A program made the position numbers and the translations under genes. Below are positions 53,440 through 62,462 of a stretch of 64,000 nt of DNA, piece after piece (position 1 is the stretch's first letter; every line of letters starts with the position of its first letter). The notes below the pieces were generated by a model. It saw nothing but the letters and a program-made list of their open reading frames with translations. It made no database searches and was not told the DNA's origin. The stretch is from assembly GCA_965209155.1 (NCBI GenBank), contig OZ242383.1, positions 2,560,001 to 2,624,000 on the forward strand, written 5' to 3'. The DNA comes from a bacterium. GTDB lineage: Bacteria; SAR324; NAC60-12.

Positions 53440-54477
53440 ATGATGAAATGGACAGTGGACACCCTGGCAGAGCGTTTGGGGCTCGACTATAGAGGCGACG
53501 GGAGCACCATCGTGACCCATGCCTGTGGTATGGAAAGCCCCCTCCCTGGTGGAATTGCCTACGTGGAAAATGAAAAATTCGCGGCGCGGGCTCTCGATTC
53601 GGCTGCGCAGGTCTTTGTCTGCGAGGAGACGATTGAATTGCCGGGTAAGATACGCATATTCACGCCTCGTCCCAAATTAACCATGATCGCCGTGACCCGG
53701 CTCTTGCATCCCGAAAAAATTTTTCCTCATCGCATTCACGAGTCCGTGGCGCAGGGACGGAACGTGCGTTTGGGAGATGAAATATTTTTAGGAGCCGGGG
53801 TGGTTATCGGAGATCGCTCAAGAATCGGCGCAGGTTGCGTGGTCATGGAAGGAACCGTCATTGGAGAGGACTGCGAAATCGGCAGGGATTGCCGGTTCCA
53901 TCCCAATGTCACCATCCGGGACGGGACGCGCATCGGCCATCGAGTGGTCATCAATGCCGGTAGCGTGGTGGGAGCAGAAGGGTTTGGATTCGTGACCCAT
54001 GAAGGAAAGCACCACAAAATTCCGCAGGTGGGTTCGGTTCACATCGAGGATGACGTGGAGATCGGCGCGTGCAATACCATCGACCGGGCACGGTTTGGCA
54101 TCACTCGAATCGGACGTGGTACAAAAACCGACAACCTGGTCCATATCGGACACAACGTGGAAATTGGCGAAGATTCCCTGATTGTCGGCATGGTTGGAAT
54201 TGCAGGGAGCACCAAGACGGGGCACCACCTGACCATTGGAGGACAAGCGATGCTGGACGGACACTTGACCCTGGGCAATCACGTCACCGTCAGCGCCAAA
54301 TCGCTTTTGGCAAAAAATGTGGGTGAAGGTGAACGGTATTCCGGTATTCCCGCCCGGCCTCACCTGGAGTGGTTGCGGGCCCATGGCCACTTGTACCGGC
54401 TGCAGCGGGTTTTTCAACTGATCAGAAAATTCAAGAGAGACCTTCAATCGAGGGAAAAAAGAACTTCACCCCCTTGA
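53440..54477 (+). CDS. lpxD: UDP-3-O-acylglucosamine N-acyltransferase
   Basis: Hexapeptide repeats, GFGF, KIPQVG, DRA, DNLVHIGHNV; ORF-track extension to 53341 is element sequence. Confidence 0.93.
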   Translation: MMKWTVDTLAERLGLDYRGDGSTIVTHACGMESPLPGGIAYVENEKFAARALDSAAQVFVCEETIELPGKIRIFTPRPKLTMIAVTRLLHPEKIFPHRIHESVAQGRNVRLGDEIFLGAGVVIGDRSRIGAGCVVMEGTVIGEDCEIGRDCRFHPNVTIRDGTRIGHRVVINAGSVVGAEGFGFVTHEGKHHKIPQVGSVHIEDDVEIGACNTIDRARFGITRIGRGTKTDNLVHIGHNVEIGEDSLIVGMVGIAGSTKTGHHLTIGGQAMLDGHLTLGNHVTVSAKSLLAKNVGEGERYSGIPARPHLEWLRAHGHLYRLQRVFQLIRKFKRDLQSREKRTSPP

Positions 54478-54968
54478 CAACCCGTGGCTGCTGCCATACG
54501 GACTGCCGTTTCCCGTCCCCGGTAATATCCGGGAATCCTTTTTATTTCCTGGTAGCCGAGTGATTGATAGAAAGCCAGCCCTTTCTCGTTGGTTTCGCGA
54601 AGCTCCAGAAAAATGACTGGAATCCCAACCGAAGCTGCCGAGGATTTCATAAAGTTCACCAAGTCCTGTCCGATCCCCTGGCGTTGATAGCTTCCCGAGA
54701 CGGCCAGCAGGTCCAAATGAGCGGTCTTTTCCAGAAACCTGGTGATGGCAAATCCTTGTACTCCCTGCTCGGCCCTTGCCACCACCACCATGGAGCTCGT
54801 CAGCCGGATATGCCTGCTCACGCGATCAGGAGTCCAGGACCAACCCAAACCGTATTCGATGAGATCCCGGGAGAGGACAGCAATCGCTTCCGCGTCTCCC
54901 GGTTCTGCCAATTCCAGTCTGATGCCTCGATGTTGACTGAAGTGCGTTAAGCGCATTGAAATCCTCAT
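54444..54968 (-). CDS. GNAT (RimI-like) acetyltransferase
   Basis: LAVSGSYQRQGIG, LELRETN..FYQSLGY, GYY. Confidence 0.85.
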   Translation of the reverse strand: MRISMRLTHFSQHRGIRLELAEPGDAEAIAVLSRDLIEYGLGWSWTPDRVSRHIRLTSSMVVVARAEQGVQGFAITRFLEKTAHLDLLAVSGSYQRQGIGQDLVNFMKSSAASVGIPVIFLELRETNEKGLAFYQSLGYQEIKRIPGYYRGRETAVRMAAATGCQGGEVLFSLD

Positions 54969-54982
54969 GACCAGAGTGACTT

Positions 54983-55411
54983 TCAGATCTCCGAACCCGG
55001 GTCGAAATTGCGCATCTTTTTGGTTTGTGACCTGTGATGCTTGTCTTGCCTCCGTCTTTGTTGGGCTGCCCTACTCGGTTTTGTGGGTTTTCGAGGTTTG
55101 GGTGGGATCAAGGCTTTTCTTACCAGGACTCTCAGCCTTTCCAGCGCATCCTGCCGGTTTTTTTCTTGAGTGCGGAATTTTTTGGCCTCGATGAGGAGCA
55201 CCTGATTTTCCGTAACCCGGCTTCCGCTGATTTGAATCAACCGTTTTTTAACGTCTTCGCGGAGCACCACACTTTTTCCGATGTCAAAACGTAGCTGAAC
55301 GGCAGTGTTGACTTTATTGACGTTCTGTCCTCCCGGCCCCGTGGCTTTGACGAATACCATTTGAATTTCCTGCTCGGGAAGGGAACAGGATTTGTTGACG
55401 ATGACTGCCAT
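54983..55411 (-). CDS. arfB: alternative ribosome rescue factor B
   Basis: GPGGQNVNKV and basic C-terminal tail (RKPTKPS). Confidence 0.92.
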   Translation of the reverse strand: MAVIVNKSCSLPEQEIQMVFVKATGPGGQNVNKVNTAVQLRFDIGKSVVLREDVKKRLIQISGSRVTENQVLLIEAKKFRTQEKNRQDALERLRVLVRKALIPPKPRKPTKPSRAAQQRRRQDKHHRSQTKKMRNFDPGSEI

Positions 55412-55733
55412 GGCGTTCCGGAAAGGACGTCCTGGTTGCGGAATCATTTCCCCTTCCTCCCGGGGAAGGGAAAGGCTTTTACCCTGCGTAGAGCGGTTCA
55501 ACGAAGCGGCTCTTGCTTCGTCAATCTAGCACCGAAATGGAACCCTGACAACTCCCTTGGATGATTTGGCGGATGAAACTCACCCTGACCCGGCTGTGGT
55601 CGTCTTTCCAAAAATGCGGCGATGGCATTGATCCCACCCCGTAAATGAGTTAACCTGTTTGTATGCGATCTCAAGGAAAACCTGATTCTTAAACAATTGC
55701 CATTTCCCCTGGTCTCGCCTTCAAAGGAAGGGA

Positions 55734-56213
55734 GGCACTGAGGGAAGGCACAAAGGCACGAAGAAAGGCACAAAGGCACGAAGAAAGGCACAAAGGCACA
55801 AAGGCACAAAGGCACGAAGAAAGGCACAAAGGCACAAAGGCACAAAGGCACAAAGGGGGGAAGGCATACTGGATTTCGGGTCGGGGACAGGAAGGACACT
55901 AAGGGAAGGCACAAAGGCACAAAGGCACAAAGGCGCGAAGAAAGGCACAAAGGCATAAAGGCACAAAGGCACAAAGGGGGGAAGGCATACTGGATTTCGG
56001 GTCGGGGACAGGAAGGACACTAAGGGAAGGCACAAAGGCGCAAAGGCACAAAGGCACAAAGGAAGAGAGGCACTGAGGGAAGGCACAAAGGCACTGAGGG
56101 AAGGCACAAAGGCACAAAGGCACAAAGGCACAAAGGCACGAAGAAAGGCACAGAGGCACAAAGGCACAAAGGAAGGCACAAAGGCACGAAGAAAGGCACA
56201 AAGGGGGGAAGGC
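55734..56213 (+). repeat. intergenic GGCACAAA array with a ~122-bp higher-order duplication
   Basis: GGCATACTGGATTTCGGGTCGGGGACAGGAAGGACAC at ~55863 and ~55984. Confidence 0.92.
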
Positions 56214-56258
56214 TCAAAGAGCAGTGCCGACAGGAATTCCTCAAAACAGGAAAAAACC

Positions 56259-57443
56259 GTGAGTAAATTTCAGTTGAAAGTCATTTCGAACAACAACGAA
56301 TCGTGGCCGTTCATGCGAGGAATACTGACCCATTCCCTGGTCAAACATGGAATGGAATTCAATAAAGCCTATAAAGTGGCCCAGCAAGTCAAACGAAGCT
56401 TGTCTGGTAAAGAAGCGATTGCCAAAGAGGAGTTGCGAAAGATGGTTGAAGACGAAATCAAGGCAAACCTGGGTCAGGAAGATCTGAAAAAATTCAAGCA
56501 ACCCCTGGATATGTCACTGGCAACGATCCAAGTCATATCCGAGGATTCCAGCGCTCCCTTTTCCAAAGGACTCTTAGCCCGTTCCTTGATGGCCGCAGGG
56601 ATCCCACCGAATCATACCCACCAGATGGCCCAGGAAATTCAACAGAAACTCTACCAGGATCGAATCCAGGAAATATCCACTAAAAATCTCTATAAACGGA
56701 CCTTTCGTAAGATCCTCAATGAATCCGGGGAAGAAACGGCAGAGTTTTATAAACTGGCCACCGATATCAACCGCATGGATCGTCCCATGATCATCTATAT
56801 CGGCGGCGGCATGGGTACCGGCAAATCCTCCCTGGCCACGGAATTGGCCTCACGTCTGGACATTTCGAAAGTCACCGGGACGGATATGATACGCCAGATC
56901 ATGCGTACCATTTTCACGGAACAAATGCTACCCGCCTTGCACAGCTCGTCCTTTGAGACAATGAACGGAGACACATCCCAAAGTGCGGATACGATGGATA
57001 CCCGGGAGGGGTTCGTCGCGCAGTCAGTCAACGTCAACGTGGGAGTGCGCGCGATGGTGGAACGCGCCATCAATGAAAACACCAATATGATCCTGGAAGG
57101 CGTTCATTTGCTGCCTTCTCTGATCCGTTTTGAAGACCTGGCCAATAAAGCCTACCATATTCCGCTGGTGATCTCTTTGAGGAATGACAAAAGTCACCGA
57201 GCGCATTTCGTACTGCGACAAAAACGAGCATTCCACCGCAAGGCTCAACGCTATGAAGAGCAATTCGAAAGGATCCGGCAGATCCATGATTACTGTATCG
57301 AAACAGCAAACAAGTACGGGGTCGACATCATCGAGAATGAGGACTTTGACCGTTCCATCAACCAACTGGTGCGTATGGTTATCACCAAACTGCTCCAACA
57401 GATCGATTCTCGTCGTAAACGAACTAAAACGAAAAGCGGATGA
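56259..57443 (+). CDS. 2-phosphoglycerate kinase-like P-loop kinase with two ATP-cone-like domains
   Basis: PFMRGILTHSL and PFSKGLLARSL cones; GGMGTGKS, TDMIRQIMR, LHSSSF, ILEGVH. Confidence 0.75.
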   Translation: MSKFQLKVISNNNESWPFMRGILTHSLVKHGMEFNKAYKVAQQVKRSLSGKEAIAKEELRKMVEDEIKANLGQEDLKKFKQPLDMSLATIQVISEDSSAPFSKGLLARSLMAAGIPPNHTHQMAQEIQQKLYQDRIQEISTKNLYKRTFRKILNESGEETAEFYKLATDINRMDRPMIIYIGGGMGTGKSSLATELASRLDISKVTGTDMIRQIMRTIFTEQMLPALHSSSFETMNGDTSQSADTMDTREGFVAQSVNVNVGVRAMVERAINENTNMILEGVHLLPSLIRFEDLANKAYHIPLVISLRNDKSHRAHFVLRQKRAFHRKAQRYEEQFERIRQIHDYCIETANKYGVDIIENEDFDRSINQLVRMVITKLLQQIDSRRKRTKTKSG

Positions 57444-58693
57444 AATACCCCACCTTGTTAATGATCCTGGATGGTCTTGGAGACGAATGCTTGCAGGAGT
57501 TGGGAAATCGCACTCCATTGCAGGCGGCTCAAACTCCGGCATTCGATCTATTGGCGAAAATGGGGCAAAGTGGATTGATTGACCCACTCAGCAATGGAAA
57601 ACCTGCCAACACGACTGAAGGGATTTTAGGGCTACTGGGATACGACCCGCTTGTTTACCCGGTGGGAAGAGGGGTGATTGAAGCCCTGGGAGCCGGGATC
57701 GCCTTGCAAAAAGGGGACATTGCCCTGCGAGGCAACCTGGCGTGTTTGGACCGGAGCAATCGAGTGCGGGACAGGCGGGCAGGACGCATTCGTGAAGGCG
57801 CTTGCGAACTGTTACGGACTCTTGGTCAAATCCAGGTCTCACCTGAAGTCGAATTTTTGATCGGAGCCGGGACGGAACACCGTTTTGCTTTAGTGATGCG
57901 GGGAGAGGGCCTTTGCGAACAGATCTCGGCAAGCGACCCCGGAGATGGCAATCCCCACGGATTCCGTATCCCTCCCGCCACCTTGAATTCTGCCGATGCC
58001 TTTGCAAAAAAGACTGCAGAGATTCTGGATCAGTTTGAAAGGCAGGCGCATCGAATTTTATCAAAACATCCGATCAACCTGAAACGAATCCGGCAAGCGC
58101 TTCTGCCTGCCAATGCCATTTTGACTCGTGATCCGGGAAAACCGGTTCACCTGCCACCGCTCAGCCTGAGGAATCAGCCACTGCAAGGAATGTGTATTGG
58201 GGGGGACAAGGTCATGCTTGGCCTGGCAAAGCTGCTCCGGATGGAGTACCATCGGACCGAGCGAATGACCGGCAACCTCGACACCGATTTGTCGATCAAG
58301 TTCGAAAAAGCCCGGAAATGCTTGAATCACTATGACCTGGTGGTGGTTCATATCAAAGGCTGTGACATTGCCGCTCATGATCGCCATGCTCGCAAAAAAC
58401 TGGAATTTATTGAGAAAATTGATCAGGCGCTGGCAATTTTTCTGCAAGAATTATTCACCAAAACGGGCTATTTGCCCATCCGGGTGGGCATCACGGCGGA
58501 TCATTGCACTTCCAGTAAAAAAGGGTATCATATCAATGACCCGGTGCCGGTGATCATTTATCGTCCGGAGCAACCGGCCGACCTGGTCGAGGCATTTGAT
58601 GAAATACAATCCACCCGGGGAATGCTGGGACGATTCCGCAGTGATCAACTATTGGAAAAGTTATGGTTCGGTACGAACGCTGCTCGGCCCTGA
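57440..58693 (+). CDS. apgM: archaeal-type 2,3-BPG-independent phosphoglycerate mutase
   Basis: ILDGLGD..TPLQAA, GRGVIEALG, DRRAGRI, HIKGCDIAAHD, TADH. Confidence 0.82.
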   Translation: MKYPTLLMILDGLGDECLQELGNRTPLQAAQTPAFDLLAKMGQSGLIDPLSNGKPANTTEGILGLLGYDPLVYPVGRGVIEALGAGIALQKGDIALRGNLACLDRSNRVRDRRAGRIREGACELLRTLGQIQVSPEVEFLIGAGTEHRFALVMRGEGLCEQISASDPGDGNPHGFRIPPATLNSADAFAKKTAEILDQFERQAHRILSKHPINLKRIRQALLPANAILTRDPGKPVHLPPLSLRNQPLQGMCIGGDKVMLGLAKLLRMEYHRTERMTGNLDTDLSIKFEKARKCLNHYDLVVVHIKGCDIAAHDRHARKKLEFIEKIDQALAIFLQELFTKTGYLPIRVGITADHCTSSKKGYHINDPVPVIIYRPEQPADLVEAFDEIQSTRGMLGRFRSDQLLEKLWFGTNAARP

Positions 58694-58768
58694 TCTCTTT
58701 TCACTGGTCAAGCCGGGAATGAGACCTTGTTTAACTCCTGATTCACATTATTTTTGATAAAACATCGC

Positions 58769-59656
58769 ATGCAAATCGAAGGAAAAACGAAACGAATCGT
58801 TCCCGGGCCGCAAACGGGAACTATCCTGATGGAAACGAAAGATGAATTAACCGGGGGCGATGCCGCAAAAAAAGCAAGGATTGCGGGAATTGCGGCGTAC
58901 AAGACCCAACAAAGCGCCAATGTTTTTCGCTATCTTCAAAGGAAGGAAATCCCAGTCGCTTTCATCGAGCAACCGGATTCCACGACCCTGTTGTGTGACG
59001 CCTGTGAGATGATGCCCCTGGAGTTGGTCATGCGTCGTTACGCCTGGGGCAGTTACCTCAAACGGGAACCATCCTTTCAACAGTCCGATGGGTCGCCTTT
59101 TCGTTTTGAAGCCATTCAATGCGAATTTTTCCACAAGTGGGCGGTGGTGACCGTCCCCCTGGCCGACCCTCCTTTGCAAATGGACGAGAACCGGGCAAGG
59201 TCCCTGTACCTGAAGGAAGGAACCTGGGCCGAAGGAGTCTATACCGATCCCTATCTACACATAGCCAACGACAGTTGGCAATTGCACCCTGCCAAAATTC
59301 CTTTTGATCCTGGCAAACCACTGATGAGCATAGAAGCGATGATGGCGGAGGAGGAACGTCAACGCATCATCAGGAATTTGATGCTTCCCTGCTTCCAATC
59401 ATTGGAAAAAGCCTGGAGTGAGGTGCGAACCGAATATGGTCCGGTGGCCTTGGTGGACCTCAAAATTGAAGTGGGACGCCGTCAAAAAGATGGAGAAATC
59501 GTAATTGCCGACGTGATTGATAACGACAGTTGGAGAATCTGGCCTGGAGGGGACCCTGCCAGGCAGTTGGATAAGCAAAATTTCAGAGATGGCCATCCCC
59601 TGAGCATGGTTGCCGACAATTACGCATTGGTCGCCGAATTGACTCAGCAGTTTTAG
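58769..59656 (+). CDS. purC: SAICAR synthetase family protein (start uncertain)
   Basis: EGKTK, PLELVMRRYAWGS, LVDLKIEVG, ADVIDNDSWRIW, DKQNFR. Confidence 0.85.
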   Translation: MQIEGKTKRIVPGPQTGTILMETKDELTGGDAAKKARIAGIAAYKTQQSANVFRYLQRKEIPVAFIEQPDSTTLLCDACEMMPLELVMRRYAWGSYLKREPSFQQSDGSPFRFEAIQCEFFHKWAVVTVPLADPPLQMDENRARSLYLKEGTWAEGVYTDPYLHIANDSWQLHPAKIPFDPGKPLMSIEAMMAEEERQRIIRNLMLPCFQSLEKAWSEVRTEYGPVALVDLKIEVGRRQKDGEIVIADVIDNDSWRIWPGGDPARQLDKQNFRDGHPLSMVADNYALVAELTQQF

Positions 59657-59668
59657 GAATCGAGTGCC

Positions 59669-60994
59669 GTGTCGGAATCCTTGAATCATCGTTCCTATGA
59701 TTTAGCATATACTGTTTTTTTCCCGCTCACCGGCAATCCGGTGGGGTTCCATCATTTGCTTTTGGCGGAAGTCGTCTTAAGGCAATTCCCACAATTGAAA
59801 AAAATTGTTTTTATTCTTTCGAATGGCAAGCACCCGGATCCCACCAAAGAGCAGCAAATTGCAGACCCGCAACTCCGGTTGGAGATTCTGAAAAATGCGC
59901 TTCGAGAATTCAGCATGCCTCCGGTGAGCTTCCTGGCACGAGTTGCCCGGGAGGAACGACAGGCATTCATGCTCGATGAGCAGAACACATGCATTTGTAC
60001 GGTAGAATTTGAATGCAACGAAGCGGTGAAACTTGCCGACCACGTGATTCACCTGAAGCAAAATGCGAAACCTGATACGCGGAATCCGCCTTTGCGACTG
60101 GTGTTGGGAGACGATTTGGTAAGACGCATGCGCAATCCCGATATTTTCAGCAATTCCGAACTTTTTTCGCTTGCGGAAAATTGTCGCTTCCTGATCGCAT
60201 CTCGAGAAAAAACTTCTGTTGCCGAGTCCATTCAAATCTTAAAAAAGACCCGCAACGTTTCCCTTCATTTCCACGAAATAGAAGCGGAACGATTGCCACA
60301 GGCGCTGCATCCCTGGTTTGATTTATCTTCGACCCGGATTCGTAAAATGGCGCAGGGCGGGCACGTTCTGACTTGTTTTCTGCCCGACAACGCGGCCAGG
60401 TTGGTTGAGCAACACGTGCTCTTTCAAACTCCAACAGGGGCATCGCAAATCAATGAATGGCAACAAGCATGCCGCCTGCAGGAACGCTTAGTGGATCAAT
60501 CAGCCCGGAAACTGAAAGAAGTGCTCGACCACCGAGCCAACATGAAATGGCCCCATACCCTTTCTTTCGTGGAAACGAGTACGGGTGGTCTGCTAACCGC
60601 TGCTTTGGCGGTCTTACCCGGGATATCGCGGCATCTCAAGGAAGGAGCGATCCTTTACGACCAGGAAGCCAAGGAACGATTGTTGGGAAAATCGAGGCAA
60701 CTTGCAGCCGTTTCGAAAGAATGCGCGATGCAACTCGCCAAATCATTTCAAGAGCAAAGTCAGGCGGATTTCGTGCTGGCTGAAAGCGGAATGGCCGGTC
60801 CGCCCGAGGGGAACCGGCGCAGTCAAAAGCAGGGGCAATGTGAAATGGCGCTGGCAACTTCGCACACTCTGAGGCACGTCCACCATCAAAGTTCTCTTTT
60901 CCACACAAAAAAAGAACACCAACTGCGTTTTGCTCACGCCGCGCTGGAATGGCTGAGGGACACGCTTGAAAAAAGCGAAAGAAGATCGGAATGA
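59669..60994 (+). CDS. NadD-like nucleotidyltransferase fused to C-terminal CinA/PncC domain
   Basis: TGNPVGFHH, LVLGDD, LSSTRIR; then ETSTGG, AVSKE, SGMAGP. Confidence 0.7.
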   Translation: MSESLNHRSYDLAYTVFFPLTGNPVGFHHLLLAEVVLRQFPQLKKIVFILSNGKHPDPTKEQQIADPQLRLEILKNALREFSMPPVSFLARVAREERQAFMLDEQNTCICTVEFECNEAVKLADHVIHLKQNAKPDTRNPPLRLVLGDDLVRRMRNPDIFSNSELFSLAENCRFLIASREKTSVAESIQILKKTRNVSLHFHEIEAERLPQALHPWFDLSSTRIRKMAQGGHVLTCFLPDNAARLVEQHVLFQTPTGASQINEWQQACRLQERLVDQSARKLKEVLDHRANMKWPHTLSFVETSTGGLLTAALAVLPGISRHLKEGAILYDQEAKERLLGKSRQLAAVSKECAMQLAKSFQEQSQADFVLAESGMAGPPEGNRRSQKQGQCEMALATSHTLRHVHHQSSLFHTKKEHQLRFAHAALEWLRDTLEKSERRSE

Positions 60995-61602
60995 TTTCTG
61001 CCATTGTCCTTGCTGCCGGAGAATCGAAACGGATGGGAGCAGCAAACAAGTTATTGCTCCCATTTGGTGGCAAAGCGCTCGTGGCTCACATGGTAGATAG
61101 TATTTTAGCCTGTCACGTCCATGAAACCCTGGTCATCCTGGGTTACGAGGCGGAGCTCGTCAAAAAAGCGCTCTCCAAGCGAAGCGTGCGCTTTGTAGAA
61201 AACCGAGACTATTCGCAAGGGATGACCACGTCCATTCAGGCGGGTGTCCGAGCCATGACTGCAGGGGCGAATGGTATCATGATCTGTCTTTCCGATTTAC
61301 CACTGGTGCAGAGCGAAGAACTGGAAAGTCTGATTCATGAGTTTGAAGGTGCCTACGCCCACAACAAAAAGCTGATCGTGCAACCCGCTTATCGAGGACA
61401 ACGTGGAAATCCGGTAATTTTTTCGGTATATTATAAATCGCAGATCCTCAAACACGAAGAGCAGAATGGATGTCGGGGATTGATTCGGCAGAATGAAGAT
61501 CAGGTTGACGTGATCGAAATGAAGACTGCCCATGCGTTGAACGATATTGATACGAAAACCGACTACGAACAACTCGTTTCCGGTAATAAAGAAATGCAAT
61601 GA
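60991..61602 (+). CDS. MocA/MobA-like nucleotidyltransferase
   Basis: VLAAGESKRMG..NKLL, GMTTSI, GNPVIF, DIDT. Confidence 0.9.
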   Translation: MISAIVLAAGESKRMGAANKLLLPFGGKALVAHMVDSILACHVHETLVILGYEAELVKKALSKRSVRFVENRDYSQGMTTSIQAGVRAMTAGANGIMICLSDLPLVQSEELESLIHEFEGAYAHNKKLIVQPAYRGQRGNPVIFSVYYKSQILKHEEQNGCRGLIRQNEDQVDVIEMKTAHALNDIDTKTDYEQLVSGNKEMQ

Positions 61603-62456
61603 ATGAGGAATTATTAAAAAAGTTATCAGAAATGCATGAGGCCCGAGAACCTTTTGTGGTGGCTACCGTCATTCGCGTTGAAGGTTCGGCCTCCGCAAAA
61701 CCCGGAGCCAAAGCCATCATCGACAAGAATGGAAAAACTCTGGTGGGTTGGGTAGGAGGCGGTTGCGCAGAAAGTGCTGTCGGCCAGGAAGCCCTGGCCT
61801 GCCTCGAAGACGAACAAACACGCATCGTGCCCATTGACCTGGATGACGAAGTGCTGGGAGTGGGGATGCCTTGCGGGGGAATGATGGAGGTTTACGTGGA
61901 ACCATACCTGCCGAAACCGGAACTGTTGATCGTGGGCCATGGACGCATTGCGGAATCCCTGGCGATGCTTGGAAAATTTCTGGATTTTGTCGTCACGATC
62001 AATGATCCCATGGCCGATCAGAACGCTTTTCCCACGGCAGATCGATTGATTACGGATGACCAGGATTTCAGCCAATTGCTCGTGGGGCCCGAGACCTACG
62101 TCGTGATCGCCACCCAGCACAAAGGGGATCACTTCTCCATTAAAAAAGCCTTGCAGGGAGAAGGAACCTATATTGCTTTGGTGGCCAGTAAAAAAAGATC
62201 GGAGCTTGTACTGAAATATTTGTTGGAAGCAGGAATTTCGCAGGAAGCATTGGCCCGGGTACAGGCTCCTGCAGGTATCGATATTGGCTGTACAACACCG
62301 GAAGAGATCGCATTGAGCATCATCAGTGAAATTATCGCCAGGCGCCGGGGAGGCTCCTGCCGTCCAATGATGGAGATAAAAGGGATGCGCATTGCCGCCA
62401 TTCCGCAAAAGGAAGGAAAATCCCCCAGTAAAACTGCTGAAGAAGTCATGGAATGA
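61599..62456 (+). CDS. XdhC/CoxF family molybdoenzyme maturation protein
   Basis: GWVGGGCAE, GMPCGG, PAGIDIG..TPEEIALSI. Confidence 0.9.
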   Translation: MNEELLKKLSEMHEAREPFVVATVIRVEGSASAKPGAKAIIDKNGKTLVGWVGGGCAESAVGQEALACLEDEQTRIVPIDLDDEVLGVGMPCGGMMEVYVEPYLPKPELLIVGHGRIAESLAMLGKFLDFVVTINDPMADQNAFPTADRLITDDQDFSQLLVGPETYVVIATQHKGDHFSIKKALQGEGTYIALVASKKRSELVLKYLLEAGISQEALARVQAPAGIDIGCTTPEEIALSIISEIIARRRGGSCRPMMEIKGMRIAAIPQKEGKSPSKTAEEVME

Positions 62457-62462
62457 AGACGC

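Noticed and set aside
55470..55560. ykkC/guanidine-type riboswitch upstream of arfB (minus strand AGGGTTCC..GGGTAAAAGCC)
   Set aside because: The central conserved GGUCCGAG segment and the closing stem are missing; it cannot be supported without a covariance search.
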